DNA of 64,000 nucleotides, taken from an uncultured Gemmatimonadales bacterium (GTDB lineage: Bacteria > Gemmatimonadota > Gemmatimonadetes > Longimicrobiales > Longimicrobiaceae). This document shows, piece after piece, positions 26,144 to 36,755 of the stretch. The stretch lies in the NCBI GenBank assembly GCA_963716255.1, contig OY970303.1, positions 3,904,001-3,968,000 on the forward strand, in the 5' to 3' direction. The notes under the pieces were generated by a model. That model searched no databases, was not told the origin of the DNA, and saw nothing but the letters and a program-made list of their open reading frames with translations. The first letter of the stretch is position 1, and the number at the start of each line of letters is the position of its first letter. Both the position numbers and the translations under genes were made by a program.

Positions 26144-27745
26144 ATGCAGCGGATCCAGACGGGGCTGGCGGGGACGGCGGTCTTTTGCGGCGGCGGACCG
26201 CCCGCCGGCGGTCCGCTCCCGGCGCGCCCGCCCTTCGCCGCGGGCGTCGTGCTCGCCCTCGCGGCGCTGAAGCTGGCGCTGCACGTGGCCGTGAACCTGT
26301 GGACGCCCTACGGCGTGCACCGCGACGAGCTCCTCTACATGGCCATGGGCGAGCGTCTGCGCCTGTGGAGCATGGACTTCCCGCCCCTCATCGCCGTGGT
26401 TTCCCTGCTCCAGCGCGGCCTCTTCGGCGACTCGCTCGTGGCCGTCCGCCTGGTCCCCGCGCTGGCGGGCGCCGCGCTGGTGGTGCTCGCCGCCGCGGTC
26501 GCGCGGGAGCTGGGGGGCGGCCGCTTCGCCCAGGGGCTGGCCGCGCTCGCCGTGCTCGCCAGCCCGCTCTTCCTCCGCGCCGCCAACCTCTTCCAGCCGG
26601 TGGTGCTCGACCAGCTCTGGTGGACGCTGGGGCTGCTGGCGCTGGTGGCGCTCTGCCGCACCGGGAGCCCGCGCGCCTGGATCGCCCTGGGCGCGGCGTG
26701 CGGGCTGGGGCTGCTCACCAAGTTCAGCATCCTCTTCTTCGGGCTGGCGGTGCTCCTCGCCGTGCTGGCGACCCCGCACCGCCGCGCGCTGCGCACGCCG
26801 TGGCCGTGGGCGGCGCTGCTCACCGCGCTGCTCCTGGGCGCACCGAGCCTCGTGGGACAGCTGCGGCTGGGCTTCCCCGTCGCCGGGCAGATGTCCGACC
26901 TCCAGGAGTCGCAGCTGGCGCACGTGGGCCCCGCGGAGTTCGTCCTGGGGCAGCTGCTCCTGGGGCCGGCGTTCGGGCTCGCGCTCCTCGGCGCGGGCGC
27001 GCTGCTGGCCGCGCGCCGCATGCGGCCCTTCCGCCTGGCGGGGTGGAGCTGCGTCTTCGCCTTCGCCATCCTCCTGCTGCTGCGCGGCAAGCCGTACTAC
27101 CTGGGCCCCGTCTACCCCGCGCTCTTCGGCGCCGGCGCCGCGCAGCTGGAGCCGCTTCGCGGCCGCGTCGCCGGGCCCGCCGCCCGCGGGGGCGCCGTCG
27201 CCCTGGTCCTCGCCTACGGCCTCCTCGTCCTTCCCATGGGCGTGCCCGTGCTCGCCCCCGCGCGCATGGCTGCCTACACCGCGCGCCTGGGCGCCCGCGA
27301 GGCCAACCGCACCAACACCGGCGCCGTGGAGCGCCTGCCGCAGGACTACGCCGACATGCTCGGCTGGCCGGAGCAGGCCGCCGCCGTCGCCCGCGTCCTC
27401 CGCGCCCTGCCGCCCGAGAAGCGGGCGCGCGCCGTCGTGCTCGCCGGCAACTACGGCGAGGCCGGCGCCATCGACTTCTACGGCCCACGGCTGGGGCTGC
27501 CGCCCGCGGTGAGCCCCGCCGGCTCGTACTGGTTCTTCGGGCCCGGCAAGCTCCCGGGCGAGGTGGTGGTTGCCGTGGGCGTGCCGGAGGCCGAGCTGCG
27601 GCGCGCGTTCCGCGCGGTGCGGCCGGCGGCGCGGGTGGCGAGCCCGTGGAGCGTGGAGGAGGAGCGCAGCGTGGCCGTGTACGTGGCCGAGGGGCCGCGG
27701 CGCACCCTCCAGGAAGTGTGGCCCGGGCTGGCGGGGCGCAACTGA
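26144..27745 (+). CDS. GT-C glycosyltransferase (family 39/ArnT-like)
   Basis: Motifs HRDELLY, DFPPL, GLLTK, GKPYY and NYGEAGA; multiple TM segments. Confidence 0.88.
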   Translation: MQRIQTGLAGTAVFCGGGPPAGGPLPARPPFAAGVVLALAALKLALHVAVNLWTPYGVHRDELLYMAMGERLRLWSMDFPPLIAVVSLLQRGLFGDSLVAVRLVPALAGAALVVLAAAVARELGGGRFAQGLAALAVLASPLFLRAANLFQPVVLDQLWWTLGLLALVALCRTGSPRAWIALGAACGLGLLTKFSILFFGLAVLLAVLATPHRRALRTPWPWAALLTALLLGAPSLVGQLRLGFPVAGQMSDLQESQLAHVGPAEFVLGQLLLGPAFGLALLGAGALLAARRMRPFRLAGWSCVFAFAILLLLRGKPYYLGPVYPALFGAGAAQLEPLRGRVAGPAARGGAVALVLAYGLLVLPMGVPVLAPARMAAYTARLGAREANRTNTGAVERLPQDYADMLGWPEQAAAVARVLRALPPEKRARAVVLAGNYGEAGAIDFYGPRLGLPPAVSPAGSYWFFGPGKLPGEVVVAVGVPEAELRRAFRAVRPAARVASPWSVEEERSVAVYVAEGPRRTLQEVWPGLAGRN

Positions 27746-27845
27746 GCGCCCGGCCCCCGCGTGGCGCGGTGGAACGGGCGGTGCATGGCCGGTCCGTGGG
27801 CTCCGGCGCGCCCGACCAACCAACCCCGCACATCCGGAGGCCGCT

Positions 27846-29302
27846 TGGCCGGTTCTGACCGCGAAAAGATCGAGCGCGCGTTCCAGCGGGCGCGCGAGGA
27901 GCTGGGGGTGCGGCCGGAGTTCCCGCCCGAGGCGCTGGCGGAGGCGGAGCGCGCCGCCCGCGAGCGCGACCCCGCCGCGGCCGGGGGCTACGCCGGGCTG
28001 GAGGAGGTCCCCTTCGTCACCATCGACCCGCCGGGGAGCCGCGACCTGGACCAGGCGCTGCACCTGGAGCGCGCGGGGGACGGGCTGCGGCTGCGCTACG
28101 CCATCGCCGACGTGGGCTTCTGGGTGGACCGCGGCGGCGCCGTGGAGCACGAAGCGTGGCTGCGCGGCGTCACCTTCTACGCCCCCGACCTGCGCGTCCC
28201 GCTGTACCCGCCCGCCCTGGGGCAGGAGGCCGCCAGCCTCCTCCCCGACGGCGTCCGCCCCGCCGTGGTGTTCACCGTGGAGATGGACGCCCGCGCCGAG
28301 CCCACGAACGTTCGCGTGGAGCGGGCGCGCGTCCTTTCCCGCGCGCAGCTCACCTACGCCCAGGCGCAGGAGCACGTGGAGGGCGGCGGCGCAAAGTACG
28401 GGGGCGAGCCCTGGGGCGCCTCGCTCCTGCTGCTGCGCGAGTTCGGCGAGGCGCGCCGGCAGCGCGAGGCCGAGCGCGGCGGCGTCTCCCTTCCCGCCGC
28501 GGACCAGCACGTGCAGGCCGACGCCGCCACCCGCCTGGGCTACGAGCTCGCCTACGAGGTCCCCGCCGCCTCCGAGCAGTGGAACGAGCAGGTGTCGCTG
28601 CTCGCCGGGCACGTGGCCGCGGTGCGCATGCTGGAGGCCGGCGTGGGGCTGCTGCGCGTCATGCCGCCGCCCGAGCCGGAGGCCGTCGAGAAGTTCCGCC
28701 GCGCCGCCGGGGCGCTGGGCTTTCCCTGGCCGGAGGGCGCGTCGTACGCCCGGTTCCTGCGCTCCGTGGCGCTGGACAACCCGCGCCTCCCCACCCTGGT
28801 GTGGCAGGCCCGGCGCGTCAACCGCGGCGCCGACTACGTGGCCTTCCAGGGCGCCCCGCCCGAGCAGGCCCTGCACGCCGCCCTGGCCATGCCGTACGCG
28901 CACGTCACCGCCCCCCTGCGCCGCCTGGCCAACCGCTACGTGCTGGACCTGCTGGTGGAGCTGGGCGCCGGCGGGAAGCCGGACGCGGCCGAGGTGTCGA
29001 CGCTGGAGCGCGCCGCCGAGGTGATGAACGCCGCCGACTCCCGCGGGGCCAGGCTGGAGCGCAGGGCGGTGGACATCGCCGAGGCGTACACCCTGCGCGG
29101 CTGCGAGGGGCGCGAGTACCCGGCCACCGTGCTGGGCTTCCGCGGTGGCAACGTGGAAGTGCAGATCCAGGACCCGCCCGTGCGCGCCGCCGCCCGCCGC
29201 GAGGGCGGCGAGCCGCGCGTGGAGCCCGGCGACACGGTGCGGGTGCGGGTGGCCAGGGCGGACGTGGAGACGGGCGAAGTGCGCCTGGAGGTGGCCCCGT
29301 GA
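27846..29302 (+). CDS. RNB-domain exoribonuclease (RNase II/R family); start uncertain
   Basis: Motifs VTIDPPGSRDLDQAL, YAIADV and YAHVTAPLRRLANRY. Confidence 0.88.
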
Positions 29303-29418
29303 CGCCGCCCGCGGCGCGTTTGTTGCCGGGCGTCTCCGCCGAGCGTGGGCCGGCCCCCTCGCCTTCCCGGATCGAGGCCGGACCACCCCCGACAGACCCG
29401 ACAGACGGAGAGAGCCGC

Positions 29419-30141
29419 GTGTGGAATCGTGAGTACCAGCGGTGGTACAGCCCCTCGCTCTCGCGCGACATGGAGCTCCTGGTGCTGGGGCACGCCGGAG
29501 CGCGCGTGCTGGTGTTCCCCACCTCCATGGGACGCTTCTTCGAGTGGGAGGACCGCGGCATGCCCGAGGTCCTGGGCGAGCACCTGAGGAACGGCTGGCT
29601 GCAGCTGTTCTGCGTGGACAGCGTGGACCAGGAGAGCTGGTACGCCACCTGGAAGAGCCCCGGCGACCGCGCCTGGCGCCAGGTGCAGTACGAGAAGTAC
29701 CTGCTCAGCGAGGTGCTTCCCTTCATGGCGCACCGCAACCCCAACCCGTTCCTGATCGCCACGGGCGCCAGCTTCGGCGCCTACCACGCCGTGAACTTCG
29801 CCCTGCGCAACCCGCACCTGGTGGGGCGCGTGGTGGGCATGAGCGGCCTGTACGACATCCGCCGCTTCACCGACGGCGAGGAGGACGCCAACGTCTTCGC
29901 CAACAACCCGTCGCACTTCGCGTCGCACCTGGCCGACGTGGGCCGGCTGGAGGCGCTGCGCCGCATGGACATCGTGCTGGCCACCGGGAGCGACGACGCG
30001 TTCGTGGAGAACAACCGCTACCTGTCCGGGATCCTGTGGGAAAAGGGGATCGGCAACGCCCTGCGGCTGTGGGACGGCTGGGCGCACGACTGGCCCTGGT
30101 GGAAGCAGATGATCGTCAAGTACATCGGGGGGTCGGACTGA
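29419..30141 (+). CDS. Putative esterase (alpha/beta hydrolase)
   Basis: Motifs GHAG..VLVFPTS.GRF, GASFG and AHDWPWW. Confidence 0.88.
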   Translation: MWNREYQRWYSPSLSRDMELLVLGHAGARVLVFPTSMGRFFEWEDRGMPEVLGEHLRNGWLQLFCVDSVDQESWYATWKSPGDRAWRQVQYEKYLLSEVLPFMAHRNPNPFLIATGASFGAYHAVNFALRNPHLVGRVVGMSGLYDIRRFTDGEEDANVFANNPSHFASHLADVGRLEALRRMDIVLATGSDDAFVENNRYLSGILWEKGIGNALRLWDGWAHDWPWWKQMIVKYIGGSD

Positions 30142-30174
30142 GGGGATTTGACCGCTCCGGCGGGTTCGGGGTCG

Positions 30175-30587
30175 GGGCCGCTCCGGAGCCCGGCGATACT
30201 GCTGCCGGTCTCCTGCGCGGGTCGCGGAGCCAGCGGAAACTGCCCCGCTGTCTCCGCTCCGGCTGCGGGAGCCCCGCCAAACAGCCGGCGGGTCTCCCTC
30301 CGCAGAAAGATGTGGGGGATACCGCGGAACGGCGGAACGGCACGGCGGGAACGGCAACGGCCCGGACGCCGGCACCGCAGTTCTCCCCTCCGCCTTGCGG
30401 GGAGGGGCCGGGGGAGGGGGCCCGTCGCCGTTCGCAGTACCCACATGAAGCTGTTCGGAGGGAGACGCACGCGCAGTTTGCGTGAGGCTCCCTCCGGCGA
30501 AGGGAGACCCGGGGGTGGTTTCCCGGGGCTCCCGTAGCCCGCGCAGGAGACCGGCGGGGCAGTTTCCGCCGGGCTCCGGAGCGGCCC
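30175..30587. repeat. Composite element: inverted pair of family C repeats flanking a family B hairpin
   Basis: 30175-30335 and 30425-30587 are inverted relatives, each with three GAGAC-stem-loop-GGCTC units; B hairpin at 30384-30422. Confidence 0.8.
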
Positions 30588-30633
30588 ATACAACACTCAG
30601 CACCACGAATCGACCACGCAGAGGAAAACCGCC

Positions 30634-31917
30634 ATGTCGCTCAAAGTCGGCCTGCTCGTCGGGATGGAGTGGTCCTTTCCCCCGGCCTTCATCGAGGAAG
30701 TCAACCGCCGCGACGAGGGGGTGACGGCCGAGTTCATCACGCTCGACGCCACGCGCATGGACGAGCCCGTCCCGTACGCGGTGATCATCGACCGCATCTC
30801 GCACGAGGTGCCCTTCTACCGCACCTACCTGAAGCACGCCGTGCTGCAGGGGTGCACGGTGATCAACAACCCCTTCATGTGGACCGCCGACGACAAGTTC
30901 TTCGGCGCGTCGCTGGCCGCCAAGCTGGGGATCGCCCACCCCAGGACGATGGTGATCCCCAACCGCGAGTACGTGCCGGGGATCGACCACGAGAAGAGCC
31001 TGCGCAACCTGCGCTACCCCATCGACTGGCAGGGCGTGGTGGACTACGTGGGGCTTCCCTGCGTGCTCAAGGACGCGCACGGCGGCGGGTGGCGCGACGT
31101 GTACATCTGCCACTCGCTGGAGGAGCTCATCCAGAGCTACGACGAGACCGGGCAGATGACCATGGTGGTGCAGGAGTTCATCCACTGGGACCGCTTCGTC
31201 CGCTGCATCGCGCTGGGGCAGGAGGTGGTGCTCCCCATCAAGTACGACCCGCGGGAGCGGCGCTACCACGTGGAGCACGAGCACCTCACCCCCGAGCTGG
31301 GGCGGCGCATCGTGGACGACTCGCTCACGCTCATGCGCGCGCTGGGCTACGACATGTGCTCGCTGGAGTGGGCCGTCAAGGACGGCGTCCCCTACGCCAT
31401 CGACTTCATGAACCCGGCCCCGGACATGGACGTCAACTCGCTGACGCCCCACTACTTCGACTGGGTGGTGCGCCACATGGCCGACATGGCCATCCGCCTG
31501 GCCAAGACGCCGCGCCCGCAGCGCGGCCCGCTGCGCTGGGAGGAGCTGTTCACCGCCAGCCGCCACCCGCGCGGCTGGCTCGCCGACGACGCGCCGGAAG
31601 GCGGGACGTCCGGCGGCTCCGGCGCGGCAACCCAGGGGGTCTGGCCGGCGGACCGCGAGGGGCCGGACGGCCGCACCGCCGCCGCGGCGGGCGACCTGGC
31701 CGAGGAGCTTCCCGGGCTGGCGCGGGGGATGGGCTCCATGGCGGCCTCCGGGCCGCGCCGCCGCGGGCAGGGCGACGGCGGCGAGAGCGGCGGGGACCGC
31801 TTCGCCGACCGGCCGGAGCCGGTGGGGGAGACGCCCGCCGCGCTCAGCCCGGACGCGCCGGGGAACCCGTCCATCGCGGATCCGGCGCACCAGACCGACC
31901 CCACCGCCGCCGAGTAG
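30634..31917 (+). CDS. RimK-like ATP-grasp protein
   Basis: Motifs IIDRISH, INNPF..DDKF, LKDAHGGGW, VQEFI and IDFMNPAPD; disordered C-terminal tail. Confidence 0.85.
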   Translation: MSLKVGLLVGMEWSFPPAFIEEVNRRDEGVTAEFITLDATRMDEPVPYAVIIDRISHEVPFYRTYLKHAVLQGCTVINNPFMWTADDKFFGASLAAKLGIAHPRTMVIPNREYVPGIDHEKSLRNLRYPIDWQGVVDYVGLPCVLKDAHGGGWRDVYICHSLEELIQSYDETGQMTMVVQEFIHWDRFVRCIALGQEVVLPIKYDPRERRYHVEHEHLTPELGRRIVDDSLTLMRALGYDMCSLEWAVKDGVPYAIDFMNPAPDMDVNSLTPHYFDWVVRHMADMAIRLAKTPRPQRGPLRWEELFTASRHPRGWLADDAPEGGTSGGSGAATQGVWPADREGPDGRTAAAAGDLAEELPGLARGMGSMAASGPRRRGQGDGGESGGDRFADRPEPVGETPAALSPDAPGNPSIADPAHQTDPTAAE

Positions 31918-31960
31918 GCGCGCGGCGCACCCGACCCTTCACCCAGGCCCGGCACGGTCC

Positions 31961-33319
31961 ATGGCGCTCCAGGAAGCCATCCATCGCTACCACGACCTGC
32001 TCGGCGACGAGCTGGGCGCGGACACCCAGGCGCAGCTCGACGACCAGCAGGTGCGGCGCGGCCTGTTCTTCGGCGACAAGCCGCTGTGCACGGTGCTGCG
32101 CCCGCGCTTTCTCACCCCGGAGATGTACCGCTTCCTCCAGGCGCGCGTCGCCCTGGTGATGCGCGCCTTCGGCAAGGCGTACGCGGCGGCGGTGGAGGAC
32201 GCCGTGTTCCGGAAGCAGTTCGCCCTGGAGGGGTGGGAGGAGGAGCTGATCCACCACGACCCGGGGTTCCGCGACCCCAGCCCCACCTCGCGGCTGGACG
32301 CCTTCTTCATCTCCGGGAAGGGGGGGCTCAAGTTCACCGAGTACAACGCCGAGACCCCCGCCGCCCCGGCGTACAACGACGTGCTCTCGGAGATGTTCCT
32401 GGGGCTTCCCGCCATGCGGGAGTTCCTGCGCACCTTTTCCGTGCGGCCCCTGCCGGCGCGCCACAACGTGATGCACGCGCTGCTGGACTCGTACCGGCAG
32501 TTCGCCGGCCGGCGCGAGGCCCCGCGGGTGGCCATCCTGGACTGGAAGGAGGTCCCCACCTTCAGCGAGTTCGTGCTCTTCCGCGACTACTTCCACTCGC
32601 AGGGGATCGAGTGCGTCATCGCGGACCCGCGCGAGGTGGAGTACCGCGACGGAAAGCTCATGGCGGGCGACTTCCACGTCACCCTCATCTACAAGCGCGT
32701 CCTCATCACCGAGCTGGTGCAGCAGGGCGGGATGGGGCTGGACCACCCGGTGGTGCGGGCCGTGCGCGACGGCGCCGTGTGCATGGTGAACCCCTTCCGC
32801 TGCAAGCTGCTGCACAAGAAGGCGTCGCTCGCCGTGCTCAGCGACGAGCGCAACGAGCACCTGTTCAGCGGGCCGGAGCTGGAGGCCATCGAGGCCAACA
32901 TCCCCTGGACGCGCAACCTGGAGGAGCGCCGCACCTTCCACGCCGGGCAGGACGTGGACCTGGTCCCCTACGTGCGCGAGAACCGCGAGCGCATGGTGCT
33001 CAAGCCCAACGACGAGTACGGCGGCAAGGGGATCGTGCTGGGGTGGGAGGTCGACGACGACGCCTGGGAGGCCGCCGTGCGCACGGCGCTGGACTCGCCG
33101 CACATCGTGCAGGAGCGCGTGGAGCTCCCCAGGGCGCTCTACCCCAGCCTGGTGGACGGCAAGGTGCAGCTGGCCGAGCGGATGCTGGACACCGCGCCCT
33201 TCATCTTCCACGGCCAGTACATGGACGGGTGCCTGACGCGCCTGTCCACCGCCGCGCTCCTCAACGTCACCGCCGGAGGCGGCTCCAGCGTCCCCACCTT
33301 CGTGGTGGAGCGGCGATGA
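31961..33319 (+). CDS. Circularly permuted ATP-grasp protein
   Basis: Motifs [37 protein letters not shown] and NVTAGGG. Confidence 0.85.
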   Translation: MALQEAIHRYHDLLGDELGADTQAQLDDQQVRRGLFFGDKPLCTVLRPRFLTPEMYRFLQARVALVMRAFGKAYAAAVEDAVFRKQFALEGWEEELIHHDPGFRDPSPTSRLDAFFISGKGGLKFTEYNAETPAAPAYNDVLSEMFLGLPAMREFLRTFSVRPLPARHNVMHALLDSYRQFAGRREAPRVAILDWKEVPTFSEFVLFRDYFHSQGIECVIADPREVEYRDGKLMAGDFHVTLIYKRVLITELVQQGGMGLDHPVVRAVRDGAVCMVNPFRCKLLHKKASLAVLSDERNEHLFSGPELEAIEANIPWTRNLEERRTFHAGQDVDLVPYVRENRERMVLKPNDEYGGKGIVLGWEVDDDAWEAAVRTALDSPHIVQERVELPRALYPSLVDGKVQLAERMLDTAPFIFHGQYMDGCLTRLSTAALLNVTAGGGSSVPTFVVERR

Positions 33320-33460
33320 GGGAGACAAGGGAACAGGGAATCCCCGCCCTGGCCCCACCCCGCCCCAGGGAACAGGGAACAGCCCCCGGACCGCAAACGA
33401 CCCGGCTGCCTCGTCGTTGCCGTTGCAGGCTGTTCCCTGTTCCCTCTTCCCTGTTCCCTG
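33320..33460. repeat. Inverted heptamer (GGGAACA)n repeats
   Basis: AGGGAACAGGGAACAGCC ... GGCTGTTCCCTGTTCCCT. Confidence 0.7.
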
Positions 33461-33476
33461 CTCTCGAAGAGGCCGC

Positions 33477-34586
33477 ATGAAGGCGCCGTCGCTCACCATC
33501 GGGATCGAGGAAGAGTACCAGATCATCGACCCGAAGACGCGGGAGCTGCGCTCCTACATCACCGAGATCCTGCACGACGACCACTTGGTGCTGGGCGAGA
33601 TCAAGCCCGAGCTCCACCAGTCCATCGTGGAGATCGGGACGCGGGTGTGCCAGACGCCCGCCGAAGCGAGTTCCGAGCTGAAGCGCCTGCGGGGGATGGT
33701 GATCGGGCTGGCGGCGCGCAAGGACCTGCGGGTGGCCGCGGCCGGGACGCACCCGTTCACGCACTGGACCACGCAGGAGATCACCCCGCTGGAGCGCTAC
33801 ATGGGGGTGAAGCAGGACATGCAGGACCTGGCGCAGCAGCTGCTCATCTTCGGGACGCACGTGCACATCGGCATCGACGACCGGGAGTTCCTGATCGACG
33901 CCATGAACGTGTCTCGCTACTTCATGCCGCACCTGCTCTGCCTGGCCTCGTCGTCGCCCTTCTGGCAGGGGCGCAACACGGGGCTCAAGTCGTACCGCAG
34001 CGTGGTGTTCCGCAACTTCCCGCGGACCGGCGTCCCGCGGATCATGCGCGGCTGGGCCGACTACCAGTACCTCATGGACACCCTGGTGCGCACCCGCTGC
34101 ATCCCGGACGGCTCCAAGATCTACTGGGACGTGCGGCCGCACCACCTGTACCCCACCCTGGAGTTCCGCTTCCTGGACGTGTGCACCCGGGTGGACGAGG
34201 CGGTGTGCATCGCCGCCATCCTCCAGGCCATCATCGCCAAGCTGTGGAAGCTGCGGCGCGACAACACGACGTTCCGCGTGTACCCGCCCGACCTCATCGA
34301 GGAGAACAAGTGGCGCTCCGTGCGCTACGGGCTGGACGGGCAGCTCCTGGACCTGGGCAAGCAGACCGAGCTGCCGGCGCGCGAGCTGATCCGCGAGCTG
34401 ATCGAGTGGTTCATCGGCGACGTGGTGGACGAGCTGGGGAGCCGCGCCGAGGTGGAGTACGCCTACCGCATCCTGGAGCAGGGCGCCAGCGCCGACCGGC
34501 AGATCGCGACTTTCGAGAAAACGGGCGACCTGAAGGACGTGGTGGACCAGCTGATCCGGGAAACCGCCGAGGGGGTAACGGTGTAA
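33477..34586 (+). CDS. Carboxylate-amine ligase (YbdK/GCS2 family)
   Basis: Motifs [36 protein letters not shown] and TLEFR. Confidence 0.92.
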   Translation: MKAPSLTIGIEEEYQIIDPKTRELRSYITEILHDDHLVLGEIKPELHQSIVEIGTRVCQTPAEASSELKRLRGMVIGLAARKDLRVAAAGTHPFTHWTTQEITPLERYMGVKQDMQDLAQQLLIFGTHVHIGIDDREFLIDAMNVSRYFMPHLLCLASSSPFWQGRNTGLKSYRSVVFRNFPRTGVPRIMRGWADYQYLMDTLVRTRCIPDGSKIYWDVRPHHLYPTLEFRFLDVCTRVDEAVCIAAILQAIIAKLWKLRRDNTTFRVYPPDLIEENKWRSVRYGLDGQLLDLGKQTELPARELIRELIEWFIGDVVDELGSRAEVEYAYRILEQGASADRQIATFEKTGDLKDVVDQLIRETAEGVTV

Positions 34587-34717
34587 GTGGAGCACGCACA
34601 GGGGAATACGTCCCCGGGGGTGGGGCGGTTGCGCGCTCGCCGCGCACGGCGTAGTTTGTGCATCCTCCCCCCTCCCCGGAGTTCCCCGGATCGCCGTTCC
34701 TTTCGCAGGAGTTCGTG

Positions 34718-35497
34718 ATGCAGCACCGTCCCGTCGTCGGAATCCCCACCCAGACCCTGCAGTCCATCGACCGGATCCCGGAGGACCTGCCGCATTCGTG
34801 GGTGATGAACAGCCGCTACTACACGGCCGTGACCTACGTGGGCGGCGTTCCCTGGATGGTCCCGCTCCTGGACGACGACGAGGAAACGCTGCGCGCCATC
34901 TACGACCACCTGGACGGGATCTTCCTGGCGGGGGGCGTGGACGTGGACCCGGGCTCGTACGGCGAGGAGCGCCACGACCTGTGCGGCCGCACCGACCTGG
35001 CGCGCGACCGGGTGGAGCTGCTCTTCGCCAGGTGGGCCATGGAGGAGGGGAAGCCGGTGTTCGGGGTGTGCCGCGGGATGCAGGTGATCAACGTGGCCGC
35101 CGGCGGGACGCTGTACCAGGACTGCGCCGACCAGGTCCCCGAGGCAATCAAGCACGACTACTTTCCCGGGGCCGGCTGGGCGCGCGACCACCTGGCGCAC
35201 GACGTCGTCCTCCCGGAGAGCACGCGGCTGCGCCGGATCTTCGGCGAGGAGCGGGTGATGGTCAACAGCATGCACCACCAGGCCATCCGGCGCCTGGGCG
35301 CGGGGCTGGTGGCTTCCGCGGTGTCGCCGGACGGGCTGCTGGAGGCGGTGGAAGGGACGGGCGAGGCGTTCCTCGTGGGCGTGCAGTGGCACCCGGAGAT
35401 GCTGGTGGAGACCGACCCGGGGACGCTGCGGCTGTTCGAGGAGTTCATCGAGGCGTCGCGGCAGTTCCACGCGGCGCGGATGTTCGCGGCGGCCTGA
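34718..35497 (+). CDS. Gamma-glutamyl-gamma-aminobutyrate hydrolase family (peptidase C26)
   Basis: Motifs GGVDVDP, GVCRGMQ, VNSMHHQ and GVQWHPE. Confidence 0.92.
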   Translation: MQHRPVVGIPTQTLQSIDRIPEDLPHSWVMNSRYYTAVTYVGGVPWMVPLLDDDEETLRAIYDHLDGIFLAGGVDVDPGSYGEERHDLCGRTDLARDRVELLFARWAMEEGKPVFGVCRGMQVINVAAGGTLYQDCADQVPEAIKHDYFPGAGWARDHLAHDVVLPESTRLRRIFGEERVMVNSMHHQAIRRLGAGLVASAVSPDGLLEAVEGTGEAFLVGVQWHPEMLVETDPGTLRLFEEFIEASRQFHAARMFAAA

Positions 35498-35538
35498 TCC
35501 GATTGGAGGGCGGGTTCGGACGAGCCTCCTGGAGCATC

Positions 35539-35670
35539 CGCGTGAGGGATTACGGCCCGAAGGGGCGAGACCCCGCGGGCAGTTTCGCGGGGGCTCGACT
35601 CCGTTAGCGAGCGTTGTCTGCTCGCTTACGGAGCCGAAGCCCGACCCCGGCGCCAGCCGGGGGCACGCCC
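35539..35670 (-). repeat. Family A element, copy 9
   Basis: Full match; 29 bp after the hydrolase stop. Confidence 0.95.
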
Positions 35671-35699
35671 AACCCCGCAGTAAAAAGGTGTGAGACCCG

Positions 35700-36545
35700 C
35701 TACTTCGCGGGGCGAGTGCTGCGGAGGGGGACGCCCAGGAGGAAGTGGAGCTCCTTGCGCAGGCGGCGAGCCCAGGCGCGCTCGTTGTGGGCGCCGCCCA
35801 TCTCCACCACGTACAGGAAGTTGCGCCCCTTCTCGTAGCCCTTGCGCACCAGGATGTCGCGCAGGCGGCGCACGTCGCGCAGCTCCTCGGAGCCCTCCTG
35901 CGTCCCCACGTCCAGGTACAGCTTGCCGGGGACGAAGGGCGCCTGCTCCACGTGGTCGTACACCCTGCGCCCGGCGAACCAGAGCGCGGGGCTCATCACC
36001 CCCGCGAAGCCGAAGGTCTCCGGGTGGCGGAAGAAGGCGTACAGCGAGATCAGGCCGCCCATGGACGACCCGGCGATCCCGGTGTGCTCCCGCCCGGGCA
36101 GGGTGCGGAAGTCGGCGTCCACCACCGGCTTCAGGGTGTGGACCAGGAAGTCCAGGTACAGGTCGCCGCTGCCGCCGGCCTCGTACTTCTCGTCGCGCCA
36201 GGGGCTGTACTCGTCCAGGCGCGCCTCGCCCATGTTGGGGATCCCCACCACGATGGCCTCCAGCCCCTGCTCGGCCCCCGCTTCCAGCGTCTGGTCCACC
36301 CCCCACTCCGCCCCGAAGCTGGTCGCCTCGTCGAACAGGTTCTGCCCGTCGTGCATGTACACCACCGGGTAGCGCCGCTCGCTGGTCCGGTACGAGGGGG
36401 GCAGGTACACCAGGATGTCGCGGCGGTTGTCGAGCTGGGGGGAATGGAAGTCGTGGAGCACCTTGACCGTCCCCACGACGGTGTGGTGCTCCTCGCGGCC
36501 CTGCGCCGCGGGGTAGTCGTGCCAGTGGGTGGCGTGCGTCGTCAA
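35700..36545 (-). CDS. Alpha/beta hydrolase (putative esterase)
   Basis: Motifs VYLPPSY, YMHDGQNLFD, GSSMGG and HNE.AW; TTG start after GAGAGG. Confidence 0.88.
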   Translation of the reverse strand: MTTHATHWHDYPAAQGREEHHTVVGTVKVLHDFHSPQLDNRRDILVYLPPSYRTSERRYPVVYMHDGQNLFDEATSFGAEWGVDQTLEAGAEQGLEAIVVGIPNMGEARLDEYSPWRDEKYEAGGSGDLYLDFLVHTLKPVVDADFRTLPGREHTGIAGSSMGGLISLYAFFRHPETFGFAGVMSPALWFAGRRVYDHVEQAPFVPGKLYLDVGTQEGSEELRDVRRLRDILVRKGYEKGRNFLYVVEMGGAHNERAWARRLRKELHFLLGVPLRSTRPAK

Positions 36546-36755
36546 GCGTCCTCTCTCCCGTTCCCCGGATCGGTCCGGACCCGTAGCCACCTGGCAGGCG
36601 ACGTGCCAGCCGGGCGGCCGCGGGCGGATGATGGCACCGCGCGAAGCGCCAGGCAACCCTTCCCGCGCGGACGGCGTCGAACTGTCAGGAACTAAGTCCG
36701 TGGCCGGCGACTCGCTCGCGCGGCCCCAGCTTCAAACCCGAAAAGTGGCTGAACG

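Noticed and set aside
22229..29386. Very long antisense or alternative-frame ORFs (e.g. 22229-25258, 25763-29386; also 46009-49368 and 60216-63974)
   Set aside because: They are shadows of real genes in high-GC DNA, with R/G/A/P-rich composition and no recognisable motifs.
33477..34586. Calling the ligase gshA (glutathione synthesis)
   Set aside because: YbdK/GCS2-type ligases have uncertain substrates, and the context points to a different pathway.
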